DNA from: Chiloscyllium plagiosum
Taxonomy: Eukaryota
Length of the DNA: 64,000 nt
Assembly (NCBI RefSeq): GCF_004010195.1
Contig: NC_057718.1
Location: 72,741,187-72,805,186, forward strand
Direction of reading: 5' to 3'
In this document: piece after piece, positions 1 to 12,457 of the stretch
Numbering within the stretch: position 1 is the stretch's first letter
Layout: each line of letters opens with the position of its first letter
Notes under the pieces: generated by a model
What the model was told of the DNA's origin: nothing
Database searches by the model: none
Seen by the model: the letters and a program-made list of their open reading frames with translations, nothing else
Program-made: the position numbers and the translations under genes

Positions 1-600
1 CTCACAGACTTAAGACACTCTCTGCACTCACTACACACACACATACACTTTCTCACACTCACAATCCCCAACCCAGACAGACACACACACACAGACAAAG
101 ACAAACATGCACACATATATTTTGTGGGGTGAATTTGTACTTGCAGGGTTACATTGTACTTTGCTCAAAAACTGCATGCATTCATGTAGAACTCAGCTCA
201 AAAACTGCTTGAATTTATATAAAACTCCGTTATCTCACTTTTTAGATCAGAATCAATCTAAACATCATGGCATAAGACAGAACACAGGGGGCCAACACTT
301 CAACATATTGTCTAGCATTGTTAAAAGCTAACCCGAGAATGCAACTTTTTTAAAAAAAGTTTGTGATTTACACATGAAACAAGTGAAACTATCACTGTAT
401 TCTAGCAGATGAAAGGCTTAACAGCCAATCAATTTTCAATGTATAATTTCAGTTACATCACACTGTAAATTTTTGCAATAAATTCTGTGTTAGGATTGAG
501 CCCTCCACTATCACCTGATGAACGAGCGTTGCTCCGAAAGCTAGTGTGCTTCCAATTAAACCTGTTGGACTATAACCTGGTGTTGTGTGATTTTTAACTT
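1..600 (+). mobile_element. Penelope-like element terminal region with hammerhead core
   Basis: (CA)n-rich segment and terminus CTGATGA..GAAAGCTAGTG...ctgttggactataacctggtg, shared with 25740-25867. Confidence 0.65.
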
Positions 601-1075
601 TAAATTGGAAAGGGTGCAAAAAGCATTTACAAGAATATTTCAGAGACTGGAAAGTTTGAGTTATAACATACTGAATAGACTGGGAAATTCTTCTCGCATA
701 TAGGAGACATGACCTTATAGAGGTTTATAGAATCACAAGGGCATGGATAAGGTGAATAGCCAAGGTCTTTTCCACAGGTAGGGGAATTCAAAACTAGAAG
801 GCTTAAGTTTAAAGTGAGAGGGGAAAGATTTAAAAGGGGTCTGAGGGGCAACTTTTTCACAGAAAGGGTGGTGCACATATAGAACGAGCTGCCAGAGGAA
901 GTGGTAAAGCTGAGTACAATTATAACATTTAAAAGACATTTGGACAGGTATATGGATAGGAAAGGTTTAGGGGGACTAAATACAAATACGGCTAGTTCAG
1001 TTTAGGAAACCTGGTCTGCATGGACAAGTTGGGATAAAGGGTCTATTTCCATGCTGTACATTTCTATGACTCTAT
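600..1075 (+). mobile_element. CR1 3' end
   Basis: Similar to the other CR1 tails in the window (ttttcacagaaagggtggtg...catgctgtacatttctatgactct). Confidence 0.75.
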
Positions 1076-2573
1076 GAGGGCAACTAAAGGACACTGTCTC
1101 CCTGCTAAATGCTGGAATTTGATCACAGTCAAGAAGAATCAATATACAGAATTTCAACAAATCTATAAAACTAGGATGGTGAAACAGACTGTTTCTGCTA
1201 CCCATATCAAATGCTACTGATAACATTACTGCTGATGCTAAGGAGGTTCAACTACTCAGGAACATTTATTCAGGAACAAAATTTATTACCTATTTGGACT
1301 TGCTTTTTATTTCTAAACTATGATAGACATGTTGTGCTACTAATTCCTCTCGCATTTTATAATTACTTATTATTAATCTTTCCTTATTTAATTAAGAAAG
1401 CCAGGTTAAATTGGCTTGTTTAAAAACATATGCTCCCCTGGTGCTGGTGGAAAGACATTCACAAACAAAGGAATCTATTGCTAAAAGCCTTATTCTTCTT
1501 CCTATCTGGTCCTGAATTGTCCTAGACATCTAGGAGTTCTCTGAACTTATTACTCCTACATTTCCCTCTCAAGGGCACATGTTGGATCTATACTCTCCCC
1601 AGCTCCTTTTTGAATGCTACCTTCCTCCTCCCCCATTTCTCCACTGCAGATTTATCCATAAGGACTTGTTCCCAGTATGCTGTGGCCAGCTCCTGTTTCA
1701 TTTTTAAAAAAATCTATCTTCCCCCAACCCAAAGCTGTCTTTTACAGGCTCTCATTTTCCTTGAACAGAAGAAAATTGAACCGTACCATATCATGGTTAT
1801 CTATTGCCTAAATGTTCCCCCACTGTCACATCGAACACTTGTCTGGCTTCTTTCCCCACAACTAGATCTAGCACTGCACCATCCCTTGTTGGGCCTTCAA
1901 CTTTATAATACAAAAACTCCCCTGGACACATTTCAAGAAATCCACCCCTCTGGACACTTAATTCTATATTTATTCAAACTTATGTTAGGAAAATTGAAAT
2001 TCTCTAGTATAATTACCTGATTATTACTCTTACACACCTCTGTGAACTATCTACATTTTTGGTCCTTTATTTCCCACTGAATGGGTCTATAACACACTCC
2101 CAGTAAAGTAGCTGCACCATTAACATTCTTAGGTTCTACCCACAAAGCCTCATGTAAGGACCTTTCCAAGATATCATCGCTCCTTATTGCAGTAATGGAT
2201 TACTTAATTAATAGTGCTACACCACCACCCCTTTTACATCTTCTGCTATTTGCCTAAAGAGCCTGTACCCCGAAATGTTTAGTTGTCAGTCTAGTCCTTC
2301 CCTCAACAATGTTTCCATGATAGCAACAATATCATACTCCCATGTGTCATTTACTGATCAGTCTTACCTATTACACGCCTAGCATTAAAGATCATTCAGC
2401 CTTGCCTTAGTCTCGAGACTCAACATTTCTGAACTCACTGCGACTTGCTTCCTTTGCTGTAGCATCTGGTAAAACTAAATTGCAAAAAATTGCGATAGCT
2501 TTCAAACCTCAACCAACATAATACGGCCAATACATGCAGAGATAGATTTACTTAAAAATATGAAAATTAGTAC

Positions 2574-2763
2574 CATCAGTTCAATGTCACTGCCAATAAT
2601 ATAAAGTTGGTCCTCCATAGAAAGCTTCCGATTCAGATGAGCGAGTACATAGGTGATCCCTGGTAACCGTACAGCAGGGCTGGTCAGAATACTCCCCCAA
2701 AGAGCACTGTAAAATGCAGACTGCTCCACTGCAGCTGCAACTTTCTCCAGCAATGTGTTTGCC
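2574..2763 (-). CDS. DOP1A: DOP1A coding exon: (R)ANTLLEKVAAAVEQSAFYSALWGSILTSPAVRLPGITYVLAHLNRKLSMEDQLYIIGSDIELM
   Basis: Overlaps ORF 2502-2753; acceptor ctttgtatgcag|G, donor ATG|gtacta; 190 nt; continues the frame of exon 54196-54366 (AG+G = Arg); sequence recalls DOP1A rather than DOP1B. Confidence 0.95.
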
Positions 2764-4889
2764 CTGCATACAAAGAAAGGCCATTCAAATAATCTTACAT
2801 ATGACCCTTTTCATAATTTTATTTATTAACAGTGAACAAACCTTATTGTTCAGGTCTCTTTCTACGAATGTTATTGACCACAACTAAGGAAGCCTAATTT
2901 ATTAGGCTTATCTTGTGAACAGAGATTTGGAGCAACAGCAGAAAGCGAGGGTAAGATTTCATAGATGTTTGGTACTTGGGTGTCAGATACCCTAATCATT
3001 ATTTGCTTCTCTGATGATCCTCTTTCTTTAAACAATGTGATTATGAAAACCATTTGGTTGAAAAGTTATCTGCCATTCCCGCCAGCCTGTGACTGCATTT
3101 CTTATAAATGACAATGATCAAGTAATGAGTATTTTTAAAACTAAGAAATATTACAAAAAATTATCTTCAAAAACATTTTTACAAACAGAATATAAATTGG
3201 AAATGTTCAAACTTTCTCCAACTATCATTAAAATAATGCTGATATATTGAAAAATGAAATAGCAGGGACTTAAGACCTTCCAGATCAGTTAATATGCTGT
3301 TTGTAAATACAGTTGTTGATTTATCATTTAAAGATAAATATGTGAGCCTTTAAGGTCACAACCACAATTAACTAAATAATGAGCTAACAAGACACAAAAA
3401 TGGGAGTCTGGGGTTGGCTTTCCAGGCTCTTCAAGCCTGTTTCTGACAAGTTTGACATGATCATGACAGACTGCCTACCCAACTCTCCTCCTGCACTATC
3501 CCCAAATCCCATTCCTTAATAAGATGATTAAAAAGGTCAGAATTTAATTGTTTGGCCAAGGAAGACTGCAGAGTGGAATTTCAGCTCAATTTCACTTTAC
3601 AGCTTAGAAATAACTAGTATTTAAAGATTGCTTTATAGCTTCCATATCAGCATGCATTTGTTTTTCTATATATAATCTAAATAACCGACTCTGTTTCATA
3701 CTTTGTAAAGATTGTTTTTAGTAGTCAAGCCAATCAGATACCAGAAAAGTGCCAAAACTAGGTTTGCTTAAACGAGACTGTACTTGACTGATGAAGAGAA
3801 CACTATGCTGAAAACAAGAAACTGGTGTTTCTCATTCCCATCACTGCACAACTTCTTTCCCGTTGGAACATCAAATTAACTTTGCATCCTCCCTTCTTCA
3901 CTCCCCTGTCACTCAAATTATTTCAAGTCTCTCACCCACTTTACTTCCAAAATTGAATTTGACTTTTATTTTTAAAAGAACTGAAATTATGAGTAAAGAC
4001 TTTCTTTTCATGGGTTAATATAAATATAACTGTCAAAAAACAATGGCTAGGCAATCAAAGGCTTCCTATTTATTTATGAATGCTACTTGCAGGAAAAATA
4101 TATTTGAATTAGAAAAAGAAGGCATCGTCTCCATTTGAACTAAAATGTTTATAAAATGAAAGTAATAAAACAATTTAAGGTAAGCGCGAGATGGAACATG
4201 ATAAACTTTTTAACACACATGGTGGAGTGTGTCTGGAATTTACTTCTCAAGTTGGTGGCAGAGGCAGAGACCCTAAACTCTTAAAAATTCCTGGATCTGC
4301 ACCTTATGTGCTGTAAGTTAAAGGGCTATTGGCTATGTGCAGGAAGATGAGATTAGAAAGAGCATTTGGGTGTCTTTGGGCTAGCCTAGACAAGATGGGC
4401 CAAATCACCCCTTTTGTACCATATACTTTCTCTAAAAGCTATCACCAGTAACATAACATATACATTAACATAGTACTATAATCAACACACTCTGACTGAA
4501 CATTTTGTCCCTTTCTCACCCAAGTTAGATGTTGAAAACTCAATTTAAAATTCCCAAAGGACAGTCTTTCGTGATTTGAAACATTTACGCTGTTTCATTC
4601 TCCACAGATGCTGCCAGATTTGCTGAGTTATTCTCGCACATTACCTTCTTTATTTAAATTTAATCGTCACTGAAAGAACTTTTGAAATATGTTCTCTAAC
4701 TTTTCTTTAAGTAGCCTTGAAGACAAACTAAGAACAGGAATAAATATTGATCAATTAACAGAAATGGATAGATATACACTCTGTAGTGAATGCAGTAAAC
4801 ATGAATTACATAGAACACAGCACTGAAGCAGGTCATTCAGCCCAACTAGTCTTGCTGGTGTCCGATTCAAAATAAGTCTTCTTCCATTC

Positions 4890-5200
4890 TCAAGGGCAAA
4901 ATTAAGAAAATAGTGCAACAAAGACCCTACATACAAAGCCTGTAGAATACTGATGCCACATATGCAACAAGCTGTTAGGCATAACTATATTGCTCTGTTA
5001 GCAGTTGTAATCATGTACAAAAGGGATTCATAAAGTGATCAAGAGTTCTAATTATGCATAAGGGTGTGCGCGTGGCCAAGAGTCTTCAGAGTTTGCTGAG
5101 ATTGGTCACTGTACATTGTCCCTGAATATGACGGAGTAAACCAGCTGCTGAATAACACTCACGGTTCGGTCTCTGAGAAGTGGATTGAGTTCTCCCAACA
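4890..5200 (+). repeat. ERV 5' LTR (5' part not recognisable)
   Basis: Aligns by eye with 31390-31735 (e.g. tgctctgttagcagttgtaatcatg vs tgctctgttaatagttgtaatcatg); AGTAAA at 5135; ends in ...CCCAACA immediately before the PBS. Confidence 0.8.
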
Positions 5201-5202
5201 GT

Positions 5203-5216
5203 TGGCACAGTCGGCA
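5203..5216 (+). promoter_or_regulatory. Primer-binding site, tRNA-Ser-like
   Basis: TGGCACAGTCGGCA, 2 nt after LTR end; 12/14 match to TGGCGTAGTCGGCA, the complement of a tRNA-Ser 3' end. Confidence 0.7.
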
Positions 5217-5759
5217 AACCAAGTCGTCGGAAGATTGTGACGGGAGCCCCAGTAGGGTGAGTATGTTATTTTACCATCCATATGTCGAGGATCTAACCAG
5301 TCATGGCCTCAGACTCATTCCAATAATTAAAGAACTAAAGTAACACCGTGTTTGTTCATCAAAGCAGAACCACTAGTTTATTGCTGCAAACAATGAATTG
5401 ATCATGGGAAGAGGAGGGAGAAAAGCACAGGCAAACCAATAGCAATGGATGTGAAACTGTTCAAAGACTAACACAGTTGACTTCAGTGATATACCAATAG
5501 CTAGGGAGGTGAAGCTGAAACTGACAGGCAACCTTACTGGGAAAGGTAAAGTTACTGAAAGACTGATCTAGGTGATCTTAGGAGTACTCAGGGAGAATAA
5601 GTCACAAGACAAACTGATGATGACGGCCTCAAACAGGGAGGGTGAAGAAATAGGAGGCCTCCAATGGGGTCCAGAAGGTATCCAGAAGTGCTCCGAAAGC
5701 TTGTGATTTCAAATAAACCTGCTGGACTATAACTTGGTGCTGTGTAACTTCTGACTTTG

Positions 5760-8700
5760 GAGAAAGTGCAGACTGCAGATGCTGGAGATCAGAGTCAAGA
5801 GTGTGTGGTGCTAGAAAAGCTCAGGTCATGCAGCATCCGAGGAGCAGGAGAATCGATGTTTCAGGCCAGAGCCCTTCACCAGGAATGAGGCTGGGAGCCT
5901 CCTGGGTGGAGAGATAAATGGGAGGGGGTAGAACTGGGGAGAAGGTAGCTGAGGTGGATGGAAGTGGGGGTGAAGGTGATAGATCGGAGAAGAGGGTGGA
6001 GCGGATAGGTGGGAAGGAAGATTGTCAGGTGGGAAAGGTCATGAGGATAGTGTTCAGCTGGAAGGTTGGAAGTGGGGTAAGATGTGGGGGAGGGGAAAAG
6101 AGGAAACTGGTGAAGACCACATTTAAGCCCAAGGGTTGAAAGGTCCCAAGAGGGGAAGATGAGGCGTTCTTCTTCCAGGCTTGGATGGTGACGGAGGCGG
6201 CCCAGGACCTGTATTTCCTCAGCAGAGTGGGAGGGGGAGTTGAAATGTTTGACCACGGGATGGTGGGGTTGATTGGTGCGGGTGTCCCAGAGATGTTCGC
6301 CAAAGTGATTTGCGAGTAGGTGTCCAGTTTCCCCAGTGTAGAAGAGACTGCATCGGTAGCAACAGATACAATAAATGATGTGTGGAAGTGCGAGTGAAGC
6401 ATTGATGGTTGCGGAAGGCTCCTTTGGAGCTTGGATGGAGGTGAGGGGAGAGGTGTGGGCGCAGGTTTTGCAATTCCTGCAGTGGCAGGGGAAGGTGCCA
6501 GGAGGGGAGGTGTGGACCTGACCAAGCAGTCGCAGAGGGAATGGTCTTTGTGGAAAGCGGATAGGGGTGGGGAAGGAAATATATTTCTGGTGATGGGGTC
6601 CGTTTGCAGATGGCGGAAATGTCAGTGGATGATGCAATTTATGCAGAGGTTGGTGGGATGGAAGGTGAGCATCGGGGGGGAGGGGGGGGTTTAGTCCTTG
6701 TTGCAGTTAGAGGGGTGGGTTTCGAGGGTGGAGGTGCGGGGCATGGAGGAGATGCGTTGGAGGGCATCTTCAACCATATGGGAGGGGTAATTGTGGTCTT
6801 TAGAGGAGGTGACCATCTATTATGTTCTGTGGTGGAACTGGTCCTCCTGGGAGCAGATGTGGCAGAGGCGGAGGAATTGGGAACACAGGATAGCATTTTT
6901 GCAGGAGGTAGGGTGGGAGGATGTGCAATCCAGGTAGCTGTGGGAGACGGTGGGTTTATAAAAAATGTCAGTGTTGAATTGATCATGGTTGGCGGAGATG
7001 GAGAGATCCAAGAAGGGGAGGGTGGTGTCAGAGATGGTCCAGGCGAATTTAAGGTCACGGTGGAATCTGTTGGTGAAGTTGATGAACTGTTTGACCTCCA
7101 CGTGGGAGCACAAGATGGCACCAACGCAGTCATCGATATAGCTGAGGAAAAGGTGGGGAGTGCTGCCGGTGTAACTCCTGAAGATGAACTGTTCTACGTA
7201 GCAGACAAAGAAACAGGCATAGCCCTTTTGTCTGGAGGAAGTGGGAGGATTTGAAGGAGAAGTTGTTGAGGGCGAGGACCAGTTCAGCCAAACAAATGAA
7301 TGTCAGTAGAAGAGTACTGGTGGGGACGTCAGGAGAGGAAGAAACTGGATGTCCATGGTGACGATGAGGCATTGGGGGCCAGGGAAATTTAAGTCTTGGA
7401 GGAGATGGAGAGTGTGGGTGCTGACTCGAACGTATTTGGAGAGTTCCTGGACTAGGGAGATAGGACAGTATCGAGGTAGGTGGAGATGAATTCGGTGGGG
7501 CAGGAGCAGGTTGAGACGATGGGTCGGCCTGGGTAGTCAGGCTTGTGGATCTTGGGTAGGAGGGTAAAATCGGGCGGTGGGGGGTTCTCGAATTGAGGTT
7601 GGAAGCTGTGTGTGGGTTATCCCTGAGGTGATGTGGTTGTATATGGTCTGGGAGATGCTGGTTAGATGATGCGGAGTCATGGTCATGGTCGAGCAGGCAG
7701 TAGGAGGAGGTGTCTTCGAGTTGGCGTCAGGATTCAGCGGTGTAGAGGTCAGTGTGCCAAACTACCACTGCACCCCTTTTGTCCGCTGGTTTGATGGTGA
7801 GGTTGGGGTTGGAGTGGAGGGCTGTGCGTTGTGAGGGCGAGAAGTTGGAGTGGGTGAGGCAGTTGGACAGATTGAGGCGGTCGACATCACGGCAGCAGTT
7901 TGAAATAAAGAGGTCAAGGGCGATTAGGAGGCCAACACGGGGTGTCCAGATGGATGGGGTGTGTTGGAGGCGGGAGAAGGGGTCGTCAGTGGGTGGGCGG
8001 GAATCCTGGTTGGGTTAAAAAAAGTAGGCATGGAGGGGGAGGCAAAGGCGGAAGAAACATTCAATACAGCGTGTGGAGCTCATTAATCTGGGACCGTAGA
8101 GGGACAAAGGGGAGACCTTTATGGAGGACTAAATGTTCGTCCTCAGTGAGGGGAAGGTCTGGGGGAATGGAAGACACGGCAGGGATGGCAGCAAAGACCT
8201 GGAGTGGGGCTGGAGTTCGAGGTGGGGGCAGAGACAGTTGCTCGAATGGGCACGGTTATAGAGTCAATAGTGACATCACCAAAGGAAGTGACGATCACAA
8301 AGGGGGTGGCTGTGTTAAAGGGGGCGGAAGTGACATCACGGGCAGGAAGGGCAACGTTACTATTGGGTACTCGGCTGCTGATATCAGTGGCAGCAGAAGT
8401 GATGTCACAGATATAACACACCATCCGCAGGGTGATTGCCGCAGGGCAACATACGGGGCAGAAGTGATTCTCAAGGTAGGTATTATGTCTGTGATAGTGA
8501 ATCTAGTGGCGGCAGTGGATCGTGCAGTGATCGAGGCAGCGGTAGTCTCTACAGTAGTGGAGGTGGTTGTGTGGTCAGCTGCAGGCCATGCAGTGTCGTC
8601 GGTGGCGGAAGTGATGTCATCGCAGTAGTGGAAGAACGGTTGTGTGGCTATAGCATCTGGACAGTTCAAGAGGCCAGGAGAAGGTTCTGGAAGGTTCAAG

Positions 8701-10207
8701 GAAGCACGTGTATGGAGAGATGTACATGAAAGTTTGTTTAGCTTACATTCTTTTTTGTCCGATGAAGTAGATAAATACCGTTTGTCGAGAGTATTCTTCG
8801 GAGGGTGCACAAATACACAGGTCCGCTGCAGGTCTGAGAAAGTGAGGCTCTGAGCTGGGGCAGTATGACTGTAGGTAGAGTAGATGGCGGCGCATGGCTG
8901 ATAGCATGGAGTGGAGGATCCGGAAGGAGAATCGTTGTTGAACGTTTTGAATTTGTAGTGTGTACTGGGTATCCTGTTCAGGTCCAAACTGAGTTGGTCT
9001 AAATGTGGTCCAGAGTCCATGTGGGATCAGACGGTTCCGTAGACAGGTACTGAGGAAGGAGATGTGGTTTGGTAGCAAGTCTGCTTGAGGATGTGGCTGA
9101 GAGCTTCAGGGCAGAGGAGAGGACTTGGGTTACCTCATGCAAAAATGCTATCCCATATTCCCAATTCCTCTGCCTCCACTGTATCTGCTCCCAGGAGGAC
9201 CAGTATCACCACAGAACACACCACATGGCCTCCTTCTTGAAAGACCACATAGTTGAAGATACCCTCCAACACATCTCATCCATGTCCCACACCTCCACCC
9301 TCTAACCCCACCCCACCCCTCCAACTGCAACAAGGACAGAACCCACCTGATCCTCACCTTCCACCCCATCAACCTCCACATAAATCGTATCATCTGCTGA
9401 CATTTCCACCACCTACAAACGGATCCCACACCAGGGATATATTTCCTTCCCCACCCCTATCCGCTTTCCACAAATAATGTTCCCCCTCTGACTACCTGGT
9501 CAGGTCCCCTAACTACCCACCCTCCCCTCACGGCACCTTTCCTTGCCACTGCAGAAATTGCAAAACCTGCGCTCATACCTCTCCCTTCACCTCCATCCAA
9601 GGCCCCAAAGGAGCTTTCCACATCCAAAGTTTCACCTGCACTTCCACAAATGTCATTTATTGTATTAGTTGCTCCTGATGCAGTCTCCTCTACACTGGGG
9701 AGACTGGACACCACCTCACAGAGCCCTTCAGAGAACATCTCCGGGACACCCACACCAATCAATCCCACCACCCCCTGGCTGAACACTTCAACTCCCCCTC
9801 CCACTCTGCCGAGGAAATGCAGGTCCTGGGCCGCCTCCATCGCCACTCCCTCACCACCCGATGCCTGGAGGAAGAACACCTCATCTTCCCCCTCGGGACC
9901 CTTTAACCCTAGGGCATCAATGTGGACTTCACCAGTTTACACATTTCCCCTCACCCTAGATCCAACCTTCCCCATGACCTGTCCCACCTGTCAATCTTCC
10001 TTCCCACTTATCCGCTCCATCTCCTCTCCGACCTATCACCTTCACCCCCACGTCTATCCACCTTCTTCCCAACCCCACCCCCCTCCCATTTATCTCTCCA
10101 CCCAAGGCTTCCAGCCTCATTCCTGCCTGAAACATCGATTCTCCTACTACTTGTATGCTGCATGACCTGCTGTGCTTTTTCAGCACTACACACTCTCAAC
10201 TCTGACG
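5760..10207 (-). mobile_element. Penelope-like element: long minus copy (5760-~9080) plus inverted 3' copy (~9120-10207, +)
   Basis: RT motifs (FINFTNRFHRDLKFAW..LPFLDL..FYKPT..YLD), GIY-YIG/CxxC region (CRNCKTC, IIYCICC..YTGETG); 10-bp flanking duplication tctgactttg at 5750-5759 and 10208-10217. Confidence 0.88.
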
Positions 10208-10805
10208 TCTGACTTTGTCCACTCTAGTCCAACACCAGAACTTTCGAATCACAAACATAAGAATTTGAGAGCACGACCCCTTATAACCCAAATACAGCAC
10301 CAATAAGAAGGGTACAAAGGACCGTGGACAAGGAGACAATTGAGATTGTTGTAACTGAACCATTCGTAACTGCAGACAGACAAATGCTGAAAATAAGCTT
10401 CCTTGACTGCAATGTAACAATAGGAATAGAGAAGTTTTGCACAAATTGGACAACCTGATAGAGGGGCACGACATCACCCAAGACAATGTACATGTACTGG
10501 TAAAAGCCCAACACCCAAGCCATAAGGGAAAGACTACCGCAAGGGATAATGGATAAAGCATGGATGTAAAGGGGAGATACTTACCAGAAGAAAATTAGCA
10601 CATTCAGAAATAGGATCAAAAATGCATTAGCATCAATTAGAAACAATGTTACCACAACAAAACAAGGGCCTAAAGGAACCTGTAGAGGAAAGGAAAGTCA
10701 AGCATATAGGATCAATTCTGGGTTCTAGGATCCAAGCTGAACTTATGGGATATATTTAGAAGTGTTAAAAAAATGGCATGAAGGCAGAATAACTTAAGGT
10801 GGAGA

Positions 10806-11543
10806 GGCAACAGCCTAGTAGTACTATCACTGGACTGTTAATCCAGAGACCCAGGTTATTAGATTAGATTAGATTACAGTGTAGAAACAGGCCCTTCGGC
10901 CCAACAAGTCCACACCGACCCGCCGAAGCGAAACCCACCCATACCCCTACATTTACCCCCCACCTAACACTACGGGCAATTTAGCATGGCCAATTCACCT
11001 GACCCTGCACATCTTTGTGATGTGGGAGGAAACCGGAGCACCCGGAGGAAACCCACCCACGTTATGATCTGGGGATTCTGGTTCAAATTCCACCATGTCA
11101 GATAGTGGAATTTGAATTCAATAAACATCTAGGGTGGCATGGTGGCACGGTGGTTAGCACTGCTGCCTCACAGCACAAGGGACCTGGATTTGATTCTACC
11201 CTCGGATGACTCTGTATGGAGTTTATACATTCTCCCAGTGTCTGCGTGGGTTTCCGCCCATGGTCCAAAGATGTGCAGGTTAGGTGGATTGGCTATGCTG
11301 AATTACCTGTGGTGTTCAGGGATGAGTGGGTTAGCCATGGAAATGCAAAGTTACATGGATAGGAGATGGGTGGGTGGGATGCTCTTCGGAGAATCAGTGT
11401 GGATTCATTGGGCAAATGGCCCATTTCACACTGTAGGGAATCTATGGATTCCGAGGATCTGAAATTAAGAGCTGAATGATAACCATGAATCCATTGTCAA
11501 TTGTTGGAAAAATCCGTTTGGTTCATAAACGTCCTTTAGGGAA
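10806..11543 (+). mobile_element. Second tRNA-derived SINE family copy carrying two nested HE1-like SINEs (~10857-11060 -, ~11131-11455 +)
   Basis: tRNA-like head (ggactgttaatcc..ggttcaaattcc) whose body resumes after each nested SINE. Confidence 0.6.
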
Positions 11544-11544
11544 G

Positions 11545-12457
11545 CAGAACCAGAAAACCAACCTCAAACCGGGGTTTTCATAGTTCAGATACCAAGGAGT
11601 GATTTAGTGGAACTTTTGAAAGCCCTCATATCAAAGTATGGGTAGAGGTCTTGGATAGTGACATGATCCTGAGTGGGGACCCCTAAACATACGTACAAGC
11701 CACTGTAGAGGATAGATTTTGTTGCATGTTGGTCGATACTGGGCTGGCCATCTCAATGACGGACATGCATCTCCTGATAGCCAGCGCAATCATGTATATA
11801 ACCAATCCCCAGGAAAAACCTCCTCAAAGCAAGACTTAAGTCAGATAATATTGCTATTGCTAGAAACTGATACCATTAGCACTCCCAGAAGATCATGGAT
11901 TTGTTGTAATATTGAGAGAACCATTATGGACAACAATGTATTAAGACTGTAAGGAACAGTCATTCGCTCTGACAGCAACCAAACCCTCTGGGCTAGAATA
12001 AAAAAAAAACAATGGTCCACACTTGTGGAAGCACAAGTAGCCACTTGCTCAGTGGATTGCCAGTGTATTTTACCAAGCTGATAAAAGAAAAGGAATGTGG
12101 AGCATTGTGGCATTAGCATATCCAAATTTGTAAGCAAAACATAAACAGGACTGTTGAAAGATCTGAATGTATCACCTTAAGATTGAGGAAAGGCTGCACT
12201 CACCCCAAAAACAGTAAACCACTAAAACAAAAGTGCTAAGAATAGGAGAAGTAGCAGAATAATTAGGAAAATGGGGAGTCATGAGGCCACATACTCTGAA
12301 ATTAACATGCCTATATACCCTGTGAAGAAACCAGACAAGTCACTCCATCTCAGTGGACTATACAGACCTTAACAAGATTATTAAATGGGAATATCCTATA
12401 GTAGTGGGTCAAGCTACAACATTTAATGATTTAAAAGACATTTACACCACATTTACC
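11545..12457 (+). pseudogene. ERV gag end / protease / RT N-terminus (degraded)
   Basis: DP*TYVQATVEDRFCCMLVDTG (aspartic protease motif, DTG at 11735-11743); NMPIYPVKKPDKS at 12304-12342 followed by DLNKI (RT start). Confidence 0.85.

Noticed and set aside
6604..8628. Gly/Val-rich plus-strand ORFs
   Set aside because: Antisense shadows of the Penelope ORF.
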